NCBI GenBank assembly: GCA_000708835.1
Contig: DF237225.1
Location: 1 to 64,000 of the forward strand
Source: Klebsormidium nitens
Taxonomy: Eukaryota > Plantae > Klebsormidiophyceae
Length of the DNA: 64,000 bases
Reading direction: 5' to 3'
Shown: one piece after another, positions 28,905 to 39,924 of the stretch
Layout of the letters: each line of letters begins with the position of its first letter
Position numbering within the stretch: the first letter of the stretch is position 1
Made by a program: the position numbers and the translations under genes
Notes under the pieces: generated by a model
Databases searched by the model: none
What the model was told of the DNA's origin: nothing
Seen by the model: only the letters and a program-made list of their open reading frames with translations

Positions 28905-30699
28905 AGGTAACATTGTCATCGATCGAGTCAAACATGGCCAAGAAACAAGTATTTTAAATATGTAATTGAGCACTGTCAAGTTTTCGAGCTTCCAAAAGTT
29001 ATCCTGAGCCACGCCTGTAAAGAGTCAGGCGGTGCGCGATACGAGTGCTCTGGGCTTCGAAACCTGTGGTCGCCCAAGCTCGTTTTCTTCTTACTCAAGA
29101 AGTCGCGCGGCAGCTGCCGTGCCCGCAGCTTATTCTGCCCTCTCGCAGCCAGTCTCGCCGCCGGCCATGAGAGCGTGTGGGGCTAAGCGTCTTGAACTGT
29201 ATAGAGCTTCTGATGCAAGACTCGTCAAAGCATCATACTCGAATAGTGCATCCTGATTTGAATGTCGGATCCTGGACTGATATCCTGACGGTCCGACTGC
29301 GGCATGAGTCTGCCTAGGATGTAATATGAGAACTCTGCGCCGCGCGGCCGTAGACCATCAAAGTCGACTTTCATGCGCCAGTGACGGCGTACGCCTATCC
29401 AGGTGCACATCGAGATTACAGTGTTGCGACACGCACGCTGGTAGGCCGCTGTGGGTCGAAGCTTATAGCTGCAGCATGCTAGGATCAACGTAGAAGATTT
29501 TGATCGACGGAAAGCTCGTGCATCCATGTCAAGTGTTTATTGGATTGATGGAACGCGAAGCTAGACTCAATATAATTCTTCACTTCGACTGCAGTATTCG
29601 TCTTCGTGATGTAGATCTTGCGAGCCTGCCTGCCAGGCCATGCGGGCAACACCGCGAAGCTCAGGCTTGAACTGATCGGACGTCTAGTCCTACCCTTCAT
29701 CATTGCTCTCATATGCATATGAGCACTGATCGGATGTGTGGATCGATCGCGCGTAGAACTGTCCGGCCCACATGATGCTCCTGCGCTGTACCATGTTTAC
29801 TTGATGATGATCTCAAGACCAATGATGCAATTAATTGCCTCGCAAATTATCATATCGAGCTTAGCTCAGTCTCAGACGCGCAACACTTGAAATAAGTTGT
29901 TCAACCCCGCATCGTCTAATTTCTCAACTTCGTTGAGTCCAACAATCTCGGAGTGTGGTTCCTTAGGCCACAGTGTGATTAGGCTGCGGCTGTCGACCTC
30001 TTAGTAAATGCACGTGATGTTCACACGTGGCGGACACGCTTGCGTTGCCCTTGGCCCAGGTTCAGGCCCTTGAAGTGACTCGCTACGTACTGACCGGGAC
30101 TCACTAGACCGCCCTGATGAAAAGCTAAGTTCTCTACACCGCTCTCTAGGTATCCCCCTGACTTGAACATGTTTGGCCTGGGGGGTTTGGGCGTGTTGGG
30201 TGACGTCGGCAGGAGCGCGTTGCTCGCGAGCGGGCCGTCACGCGGGCTGTTCCACAGGAGGGTATGGCTGGAGGGACCGGGGGATAAGTCCCACTGGGAG
30301 ATCTCAGAAAGGTAGACGGCCGGGGATCGTTTCCCCGGGGTTAGAGGCGGCGGGCTGGCAAGAGAGGCGTCGGGCCCCTCCTCGTAGACTGGGGTAGGGA
30401 AACATTACAACCATCAGTAGTGCGCTTTGAATCTTTGACCCTGGTTCAATGTGGAAAACATTCTCTCAGCAGGTGACGAGGAATCAAGTAGTATGCTGCT
30501 TCAATCGGAACTCGACGCGGTAGTGTCGTCCATACGCAGAAAGAGACATTCCTTTGTACACAACCGATTTGGCCAAGCTTCGAATGGGGGCGATTCTAGC
30601 CCTCCCTCAAGCTCGATATTCTTTAGCCTATCTTTAAGGATTGACAAGATCTGCAGCGGTCTGAAGAGTATGCTTACTACCCTGAAAGACCGGACTGAA

Positions 30700-32780
30700 C
30701 GTCTGAGGCAGTCTAAGTTATCCAGAATGCAAAACGTGATTTAAGTCTGAGATCACACCTTGGCCAGACAGGCTTCTCTGAGACGGATGAGCTCACAGAG
30801 CTCCGAGACGACTCCGCAATGGAAACATTTCGAGGATTGGTCAGTACAAGCGAGTTCGCGCTTGTTTTCTTACCTGTCTCCATGGCATGATCACCGTCGT
30901 GCCTTTGGTAATCATCAAAGCGACTGTGCGTGCATGATTGGAACGCGGCAGCCAGTCTGCTCTTGTGATGAGAGTGTCTCTGGCTAGAGACCCCGTTGAT
31001 GTAGTCTCCCAACGTGCACAGCAGCTCTTGGAAGGTTCTCCTGTTTACGGAACAATGAAGTCAAAGTCTTTCCAGAATTCGTCGGTTTCCAGGTACCTTC
31101 AAAGTTGAGTGAAGGGGCAGTTTCTCCTGCCACAAAAAAAGTTTCAAAACTGCAAGCCCCTGTCCGGACCAACAAGGCTCAAGCTGCTCACTCCAGGAAC
31201 GCAGTAATGATTCAGAGGTGAAGATAAAAGCGGTTCCTTTCGGCAAGAGTTATTGCGGGGCAAAACACGATGATCCTCATTCTCATGATTTGAGAAGACG
31301 TCAAAAATAAAAAACTTTGTCAGAAAAGCAGCAATCTGCTCAGCACAAACGATTTTTTGTTGTCTGAGAGGTCTGCTCCCGAGTTCAAGTTTCAAGTTGA
31401 CTTTGCAGACTTTTAAGCGAAAAAGTAAGGGATCCTGGTCATGAAATCTAGCTCGACAGAAAACCGTTCGGTTCCCTTGGACGAGGCCTGCAGATACCCA
31501 AACCCTTAGCTTCTTAACTGCTTGGGAGGTCACACTGTAAGGGTCATGAATGACACTGCTTCCTTGTGCGCAAGAATCTTTTCATAAATCCTCTGGTTAT
31601 TCAAATCACCAGGATTCCAAATCACCTTTTTTGGCTGGGTGACAATCTCTAGGACCCTTAAGTGCACATTGAGCTTGAGGTTTTCGGCAAACTCCTCAAC
31701 CTGACCCGTAGGTTTTGGGGGCTCGAGAGGAGTTGAGCTTAATTGTCCGGATACTATGCAGTCTGAGCATCCAACCAAAATGCTGCCTGGTAAGCTCCAG
31801 AGTGCCACACAAGAACTCCAAGCTCAGTTTGCAGCTTTCATCTTCTGATGTATCTCGTGGTTATTGTACATAAGCCAATTGCATCTGGTTGAAAAGCTCT
31901 TTCCAAAACGCAGCAAGCTTGTCACAAACAGATTGCTTCCTTTCCCTGGCATAGCTGCAAATCAATCAGGCCCTCAAAGGGCAAACATGTCAAGCTGGTC
32001 ATTTTTCATTGGGCAGCCAATCGTGAATAAATGTATTCGCATATTGAGGACATACCTACGACTGAATTTGCCCTCCTCTGCATTTGTATTCGTGGCAAAC
32101 GAATGCAAACCGTCCAACCCCTCCATGTGCTTGGAAACCTTCCCCATGTCTTGCAAGATCCTAAACACAGAGGGTGAGGCCTGGCCTGTGCTGAGGAAAC
32201 CCTGGACGGTCGGCTGAGAGCTCGGCTTTATGTTTGCACCAGTGGCGCCTCTATCTGCACCCAATGCTTCAGCTGTCAGGCCCTTTGCGTGTTTGCTTGA
32301 AGGCAGGAGCGAAAAGTCGAAGGCGTTCTCCTTCATATGAGCGAAGGCTGCCATGTTTGAGCCCCTCCAGGACAGGGAACAGCCACAGTAGAGCTTCCCA
32401 GCATACTCTTGAAAGACGCAACTCTCTCTGGAACCATCTTTCAGGGTGCAGAACACTGTTGCTTCGGGGAACTGAGTTCACAATCAAGGTAGGCTTTCAA
32501 AGACGTTTGGAGAGCATTTGGTCGACTCTGAAGCAGCGTTTTGGACTAGCTGGCTCTCATTGACTGGGGGCAGCGGAACCAACGTGGCTGAGCCTGAGGC
32601 TTCGGCAGCTGACTTTCAGCAAGTATTTACTTACACCAACTCCGCTGCTGTCCTGGCAGCAACAGATTCAAAGACGAAGTCTGGTTGCGAGTCCGCTTCT
32701 GCTGGCAATCAGTTACAGGTAAACAATCTTCCTTCCAAACTTGCAACAATGCAGGATCCTGTAATTCAACGTTCAAATTA
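30700..32780 (-). pseudogene. Decayed long ORF with multiple stops and frameshifts, probably a DNA-transposon relic (family unresolved)
   Basis: One frame continues across several isolated stops (SCIVASLEGRLFTCN*...ESCVFQEYAGKLYCGCSLSWRGSNMAAFAHMKE...SSKH...QPTVQGFL). It shows Cys/His zinc-finger-like spacing, and no plausible introns remove the stops. Confidence 0.35.
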
Positions 32781-34136
32781 GGGGAGTTTTGTTAGAACTT
32801 GACGAGGATAAAGATCTTATTAGGATTAGGTATCGCACCTGTGCGCTGAAAGCGTATGTACATAAAGCCTACCTAAGCGGAGTAGCCGGAAAACCGTAAT
32901 GTTATGAAGTTGACGTGTAGCCAGGTGAGTGGCAGGCAGCTTGAATTGTTGCTGGATATGTACTTGCTGTACACAGTGTTACTCTTTGGAGCTGTTGTGG
33001 GACCTTTTTTGTGAGCCGGGCGCCCCTCACTCAGGTCTCAGAGTCAGTCAATCACAGTGCCTACTTGGGCCTTGCTTTTGCATATGTGCATGAAGTTAAA
33101 GACATTAACTAGTTCATGAAGACATTTCCGAGATCCTTTCTTACTTACCCAGTGGTTTGATTCAAAAAGCGCGGGCTTACACAGACCTACATGCCGGTGT
33201 GCATTAGATTTAGATCATTCATATCCAATCAAGATGTACAGCTCGTCTTGTGATGCCTAACTTGAAAAAGTGGCACCAGGCATCAGTATAGATGTGTAAG
33301 TAGGTAGGTAGGTATGTCCCCATACTACGAGTACCTACGAGTACCGCCTCAGTCCCGAGAGCGATCAGATCACTGGCAGATGTCACTCAAAATATCTCGT
33401 CTAGTCATGATTACGATTAATCAACCTCCATATTGACGTGACCTTTCAACTGACCCTAAGTACATGCAGCGTGTCATTGTGGTCCAAGGACACTTTCTGT
33501 GACGTGACTTCGAAAGACATCATGAAGTGCCAATACTGCACTGTGCTGGCAATCATTTCGTCTGTTTTATGTATGTGACAGTCCGTGAAGCAATACAAAC
33601 TACCGTATCAACACATGATCAACACGCAAGCAATTACATTGCAGCTGAGTCTATCAGGGTACATGATAGGTAGAAGGATGTCAGTGGAGCCTACGAATCT
33701 TTGTTTATCTGTACGTTGGTGACAGTTTCCCGAAGTTGAAACCGTTTCTCTTGTTTGCTATTGCCAAACAAGCTTCGCATGCAATTGCAACGCAATTGAA
33801 AGGCGCAAAGAACAATTTCTTTGGGAAGCGCGAAGGGGAAGCACTGCAGAACGCTACGAGAGTAGCGGCCTGGGCCCCACGGTCACGAATTTATTATTAT
33901 GAGAGCATTATGGCACAGCGTGCCCGTTCCCGGAACGCGAAGTCAATAGGCTAAGCTAGCCTACGCGAACCAACGATTGTTAGAGTGTTACTCGACATGT
34001 CTCAGACCGTGGGGCCCTAAAGGCCGCTACGTACAGCTAAGTATGACTAAGGACAGCGTTTAACCGCTAAGAGTCTACCGCTACCACTCAGTCAACTACA
34101 ACTGTTGCAAATTGGTGCCCCGTCCGCCGCGCGCAC

Positions 34137-34290
34137 CAGTAAAAACCCTCCGCCGGATCGGGCCGCTGGAGCGGAGCCACGTCGTAGGCTGGTAGGGAAA
34201 AGGTCTGCGCGCGGCGGACGAGGCGCGACGCGGCCGCCAGGGTTGACGGAGTGGTAGCGGCGACTCCGAGCGGAACGCGGCCGGAACAGT
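34137..34290 (-). other. Possible orphan exon (acceptor ttttccgtgcag, donor gtgcgc) in a GC-rich island
   Basis: Good splice consensus on both sides, but no partner exons or protein family were recognised. Confidence 0.2.
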
Positions 34291-35280
34291 CTGCACGGAA
34301 AAGGAGCGTGCGGAAGTACAAGAACTAGGGCGGGTGGGTAGGGAAAAGGCGCTACTGAAGAGATGCGAACTGCTTGTGCTAAACTTCGGCAGAATGACGA
34401 AGACGAATGCACGCATTCGCTTAAGAATGCTGCTGACGCGCACGCGGCCGCGTGCGCGCAGCGCACACTTTGGAAAAGTGGCGCGGCGGTTCGCGCCAAG
34501 AGAACCGAAATTCTCCACTAATTGCAATCGTGGAGAATTCGCAATTTCATGCAGAACTTTATCAGAGCTCAGTGCCGGCTAACTAACCTAAAGGCTGGGC
34601 ATCAGTCTCGAGCGTCGATGTTTCAATAAGCCCATCATAAGCCGTCGATCTTCGTAGAACGCGCGCAACCCTGCCGTCCCGTTGTCACGGGCTCATTAAT
34701 TTGGGGCCAGCCGGCCGGCATTGAAAATTGCTGACGTCAGATCCATACTATACTGACCAAACTTGAAACCTGGTTGAAACCCTGGCCGCCATGTATCTTA
34801 GAGCCGGCCGTGACGGGCGCGGCGACGGCCGATCGATCTCCTTCGCGCCTAGGTGCATGATGCCCCGTTGGATTTTGAAGTCTGATCGGAACCGGCCTCG
34901 TCCATACGGTACATACCGTATTACACGTGACCACTGACTGGCCCGGTTGAGTCCGAACCGAAAGCGGGAGTCAGTGCTCTCTGGTGTCACTGTCAGGGCT
35001 TCGTACTCGAAGTTGGAAGTCTGAAGACATATTGCAGCAAGCCTGCTGCAGCTCCTTGCCAAGGTCCTGCATTGTGATCCTCCTCTTGGTTTCTACTTAA
35101 GACTCAGAGGCAAGCCTAGGTTGTCTGGGTTGTCGCCCTTGCAAAGACACCCTTACGGTGAGAGCGTTGCGAACGTGCGCGGCTGGGTGTCAGTATTTGT
35201 GGGCTGCAAGATTTGGTTGTTTTCTGAGCGCGTGAGCTGCCTCCTTCATTGTGTAGGCGATGTGCTAGACGTGCTCCAAG

Positions 35281-36567
35281 ATGGGAGACCAGCAAGTGCA
35301 AGCCGGCCGCACTGACGGCGTGACTGCGCGTGTCAAAAATGCGGCACAGAAGTCAGAGGCCCAGGTACGGTGCCCAGACATATGGAAGCATGCGAGGCGA
35401 GGCGATGCTTGGTCGCAGAGGGAACTGGGTCTTTTGTATAGCAAAGGTTACATAGGCCAAGATTATGAAGCTGCAGCTCATTGGTATAAGAAGGCTGCCA
35501 GCCAGGGCGACGCAGTGGCACAACGCGAACTTGGCCTGTTGTACCAGTGTGGCCATGGGGTTCAGCAGAGTTACGAAGAGGCGATAATCTGGTTCAAGAA
35601 GAGTGCTGACCAGGGGGAGGCACTGGGGCAATGTAATTTGGGCAGAATGTACGGGCGTGGCTACGGGGTCCAGCAGAATTACGAGGAGGCGGTAAACTGG
35701 TTCAAGAAGAGTGCTGACCAAGGAGAGGCATTTGGGCAGCTTTGTTTGGGCGAAATGTACGGGCTTGGCTACGGGGTCCAGCAGGATTACGAGGAGGCCG
35801 CATCCTGGTTCCAGAAGAGTGCTGACAAGGGCAGTGCAAGAGGTCAGTATGCTCTTGGCGAATTGTACGCACGTGGCCATGGGGTCCAGCAGACTTTTGA
35901 TAAGGCCTTATACTGGCTCCGGAAAAGTGCCGACCAGGGCGATGCAAGAGGTCAGGCTGCACTTGGCGAGTTGTATGAGCTAGGCCACGGCGTCGAGCAG
36001 AGCTGCGAGGTGGCAGCGTGCTGGTATCAAAAAGCTGCTGACCAGGGACATGCATTGAGCCAGTTCAATCTTGGGGAATTGTACGCGGAAGGGCTGGGGC
36101 TCCCGCAGGATTGGCGCAAGGCTTTCGCTCTCTTTGAGGCAGCGGCACGCATTCCTAAGAGGTTGGATGCACAACTATCCCTGGCATGGTTGCTGTGGAC
36201 AGGGACTGGGGGTGTGCAACAGGATAGGGTTCGCGCAGAGGCCTTGTGCGCAACAGTGCGAGACACAGAAGGGTACAAAAAGAAGTTGGCTGGCAACACA
36301 GTAGTTGGTCCGTTTTGGCCCGGCGTGCTGGCATGGTTTAACAACTGGGTGGAGCATGGTAGTGATGGTAAGGAGGCACTTCTCGAAACGCCCAAGTCTC
36401 TGCCAAGCAAGCTTTCAGAGTTGGAGGCAGGTCCCTTCTTAGCTTCCCAAGAGAGCCCCACCTCTCCTCCCGAAGCGGAAGCTGAAGCTGATGGCAGGGG
36501 CAGTGCAATGAACCCTCCTGGAGATTCCCCGTTGGCAAGGGTGAGAATTATTTTACAACCTGGTTGA
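35281..36567 (+). CDS. Sel1-like repeat (SLR) protein, 428-aa open frame with about seven 36-aa repeats; probable donor at 36540/36541
   Basis: Repeats of the form AQxxLGxMYxxGxGVQQxYEEAxxWFKKSADQG, seen in the protein and as ~108-bp nucleotide repeats at 35390-36110. Confidence 0.9.
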   Translation: MGDQQVQAGRTDGVTARVKNAAQKSEAQVRCPDIWKHARRGDAWSQRELGLLYSKGYIGQDYEAAAHWYKKAASQGDAVAQRELGLLYQCGHGVQQSYEEAIIWFKKSADQGEALGQCNLGRMYGRGYGVQQNYEEAVNWFKKSADQGEAFGQLCLGEMYGLGYGVQQDYEEAASWFQKSADKGSARGQYALGELYARGHGVQQTFDKALYWLRKSADQGDARGQAALGELYELGHGVEQSCEVAACWYQKAADQGHALSQFNLGELYAEGLGLPQDWRKAFALFEAAARIPKRLDAQLSLAWLLWTGTGGVQQDRVRAEALCATVRDTEGYKKKLAGNTVVGPFWPGVLAWFNNWVEHGSDGKEALLETPKSLPSKLSELEAGPFLASQESPTSPPEAEAEADGRGSAMNPPGDSPLARVRIILQPG

Positions 36568-37131
36568 CACTGTAACCCTAGGAAGTGAAGGCTGGAACCA
36601 AATTCGTTTGATGGTGTCAGGGTTGCAACCCTTTAATCGGCTCGGTTGTTCTCGTTTCATTGATCAGATTAGTACAGTTTTGGGGAAGTAGCTGATTGTG
36701 GGCAGATGCCCTGGACAGGTTTCTCATTGTTTCAGTCACTGGTAATACATCATGTGACATTAGCTTTAGTATGTTTATGAGTGGACTAGGATGGGGCTTC
36801 CACCTCATAGCACAACCACTCATTGGCTCCACTCGAACTGGAACAGCAGTACCTTCCAGATCGGTGTGGTACAAGGGGGTAGGTCGGGTGGTTTCACTGA
36901 TGCACAATCTGCTGAGTCACCCCCCTCGAGACATTACTGTGACCACATTCTGTTGTCCCCCTGGAAGGGGACTTTGCAACGACGTACATGGATCAAATCG
37001 TATTCCAGTATAATGGAACTCTCCTCCACCATCGCCCTTTGAGGAATGATAGGACCCACATTTTCTCTTTGTTCTTGAAAGGGACCACAAGTTAAGCTGC
37101 TTCCTGATTGCAAGCATCTTCTTTGGTGCAG

Positions 37132-38584
37132 TTTGAGGACATTACAGCACCTGTCTTACCCTCGCCCGGTGCTCTGACGGGCTTGCTTAATGGCCAAAAG
37201 CCTGCAGAAGGCGAACCAAGTTCGTCTGCCAAGGATTATTCTGCAGAAGAACGTGACGGAGGCGAACAGCCAAAGGACGATACAAATCCGTACGATGCAA
37301 GTGTGGCGGGACACGGGGAGATGCTGAAGGAGCTCAGAGTATTTTTGGAGAGCAGCGGCGGCTTGTCCAGCTTGCCGGTGGTGCCAGACGAGAGGTCGCG
37401 CTGTTTGCTACAACGGCTCCTCTCTGACAAGAAGCGTCTCGTTGAGGCTGAGGAGCGCATGAAACGGAGTCCTGAGGCGTCAGCTTACTTTACGGAGATG
37501 CACTGGCGCCTAGGGGATTTGTTCGTCGGAGCACAGGCGTTGGGGAGCGGGAAAGTGCAGCCCGCGCCGTCCATGCCCTTCGTTTCCGTGGTACTCACGT
37601 CGGCGTAGCACGTGCTTAGCGAGCTGCCGTTCTTGAGGGCTGCAGCGGGGATGGCTAATACTGGCTTTCAGGCATGGGACGGCGCACGTGTGTGCAGCGC
37701 AGCGGAGAAAGTGTGCCGGGTTGCGCCGGCGGGGTTGGCGCAGCAAGTCGCGCACGCGGTCACGTTGGCGCTCGCGCTTGGGCGTGAGGAGGTGGTTCGG
37801 GTGTTGTGGGGTGGGGGGGTGGGTATCACTTTCTCAGCCACCCAGACGGTGCGGCAGCAGTGGGGCATTCTGACGGGATTGTCGAACCGGGAGGCGAGGA
37901 TTCGGGGCCTAGTAGAGGACGACCTTGCTCTTCGAAAGCATTCTCGCCAAAGAGGTCCAAGGTGTTTCTGGGGATACGGACGGGGTGGAGGTCAGTCGGC
38001 AGCTGATTGAGTTGGGGCTTCAATCCAAGGCAAGCCCAGTGGCGATTGGGGGCGTGCCGGCACCAAACCCTCCACTTAACCCGGGAAACTCTGGTCCGAA
38101 CAACCCCGCCGTTGGGGTGATTGCAGTGCAGCGGACAGGGTCTCCTCCCAGCGCGAGTGGTGGGTTTGGTTCCGGGTTAGATGCTAACGACGTGAGGGCG
38201 CTCCATGATCAGATCAAGGAGCTTGAGTTGAAGCAGTTGGCGGATGGCGCGGAGGTCCGGCGCCTCAGAAGCGACTTAACCCGGTTACGGAGGGGAGTTT
38301 CCGAGGCTACCCCAGGGGGCGAGCAAGGAGACCGCACGATGTTGATGTTGCAAGCGGATGGGGCCGACGAAGTCGGGGGACTCGCTTGGCAGATACGGCA
38401 GGTGCAACAACAGTTGGACGACCATCAGGCGACTCTTGTTAAGTTGAGAGCGGAAGCGGGGTCGAGGGGACAGAGGGTCTCAACGGTCGAGGTGCGGTTG
38501 GAGAGGGATTCAAAGGGACGGACGGTTCGCAACACGAGGTGGTTCGAGATGCAGGTGGGTTCTGGTTTTTGGTCCGACCTTTGA
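37132..38584 (+). pseudogene. Probable continuation of the Sel1 gene, interrupted by a TAG (37606-37608) and a frameshift near 37925; C-terminal coiled-coil-like segment
   Basis: Phase-0 donor AGG|gtgaga (36540) matches phase-0 acceptor ggtgcag|TTT (37132). ORFs 37108..37608 and 37612..38010 share a frame. ORF 37925..38584 overlaps in a shifted frame. Confidence 0.45.
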
Positions 38585-39924
38585 CGGTGTATTGTATGCA
38601 TTGGCACAGTGAGGGTAGCAACTGGAGAATGTGATGCCAGCCTGCAGGGGTTCCAAACGCTTTGGAAGAGGAAGCACTAAAAAGCTTGAACCATTGTTTG
38701 CCTGATTCTGAGTTCCAAACTTGAGCGGTACTGGCACTGGGATCGAGGTTGTGTCCTCTTTGGTTCTCTTAGTTCCAACGCACAGCGGAGGAAACAAAAC
38801 ACCCGGTTTCTTGGGACCTATCTCTAGCAACCGCGTATACTGAAGGATGCGTCAGCAACCAGATAGGGGCAAGAGGCCCTTCACTCACAAAGAGGGCGTT
38901 ACTACTCTGTCGTTGGCGGATACACATGCTCCGTGGCTTATCCGATAATGCTGTTGCTTGCAGAGCACGGGTGGCAACCATTAGCAAGGCGTAGGTTGAG
39001 CTTCCTTTCAGAACCAGATGCAAAGAGCACGTGTGGTTTATTTATTTCCTATGGAAAAGAACAGTCGCTTCAGATGGGCTAGTTCGGTAGTGGGACTAGT
39101 TACAAGAATCCCTCTCAAAAGCATGCGGCAAGCATAGGGAGAAAGTGTAAGTATCTCGCAACCAGGTTTTTATCAAGGATTCGTTCAGCAGATTGATACC
39201 AAGCCAGTACGGCGCCCTTCAATGAGCATTTATAGGACATGTATCAGACAATATTCAAGATAGGGTGTCAAATTGACGTAGCGATTCGTCATTCTCATTG
39301 CATGGCAGATCCAGAACGTCACCGTTTAAAGCCAGGCTGTGAACAGCTATAACATCGACGCGAGTCCGAGTCCAACGCTGCACGAGCCGCGCAGCACTCA
39401 TGCACTTGTGACCTGAGAGTGTACGTCGTATGCTAGTAAGCCGCCCCTAGCTGCGCAGCCGAAGCACATCGACTGATCGCGATGTCGTGGAGAGTCTTAC
39501 ATATCATTGCATATGTGCATGCCTTGCCGCCAATGCCAACATGAGAGTCATTGATCGAAGACAATGATGATCCCTGACGAGATAGCATGTGATGCATGAT
39601 ACATGCCTAGGCATCTTCAATGTACAGAAGGCTTGCGATCGGATAATGTCCGAATCGATGTTCACCAGCCGGTGGCATGCAATTGATATAAGCACGGTGT
39701 ACGATCATCCATACGTTACGACGGTGCAATTCTGTACGACTGCACGTGCCTGCTGTTCCGCTCATCGGGAAATTAGTGGCACTCACTAAACGCATGGATC
39801 ATCGGAACACTGACCAAGTCGGAAGCTGAGGCAAGCAGCGGATACCGAAGTCTGGCCCTTGCTGGCGTAGACGCGAAATGCTGTCCCGATGATCGGACAC
39901 GATCAGACAGGTGCACGTATGCGG

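Noticed and set aside
34670-34830. Possible inverted repeat (gccgtcccgttgtcacggg / ccgtgacgggcgcggcgacggc)
   Set aside because: The match is short and gapped in GC-rich DNA, with no target-site duplication.
37586-37608. GT...AG 21-nt 'intron' that would remove the stop in the Sel1 extension
   Set aside because: Far shorter than any other intron in this window, and it would not fix the later frameshift.
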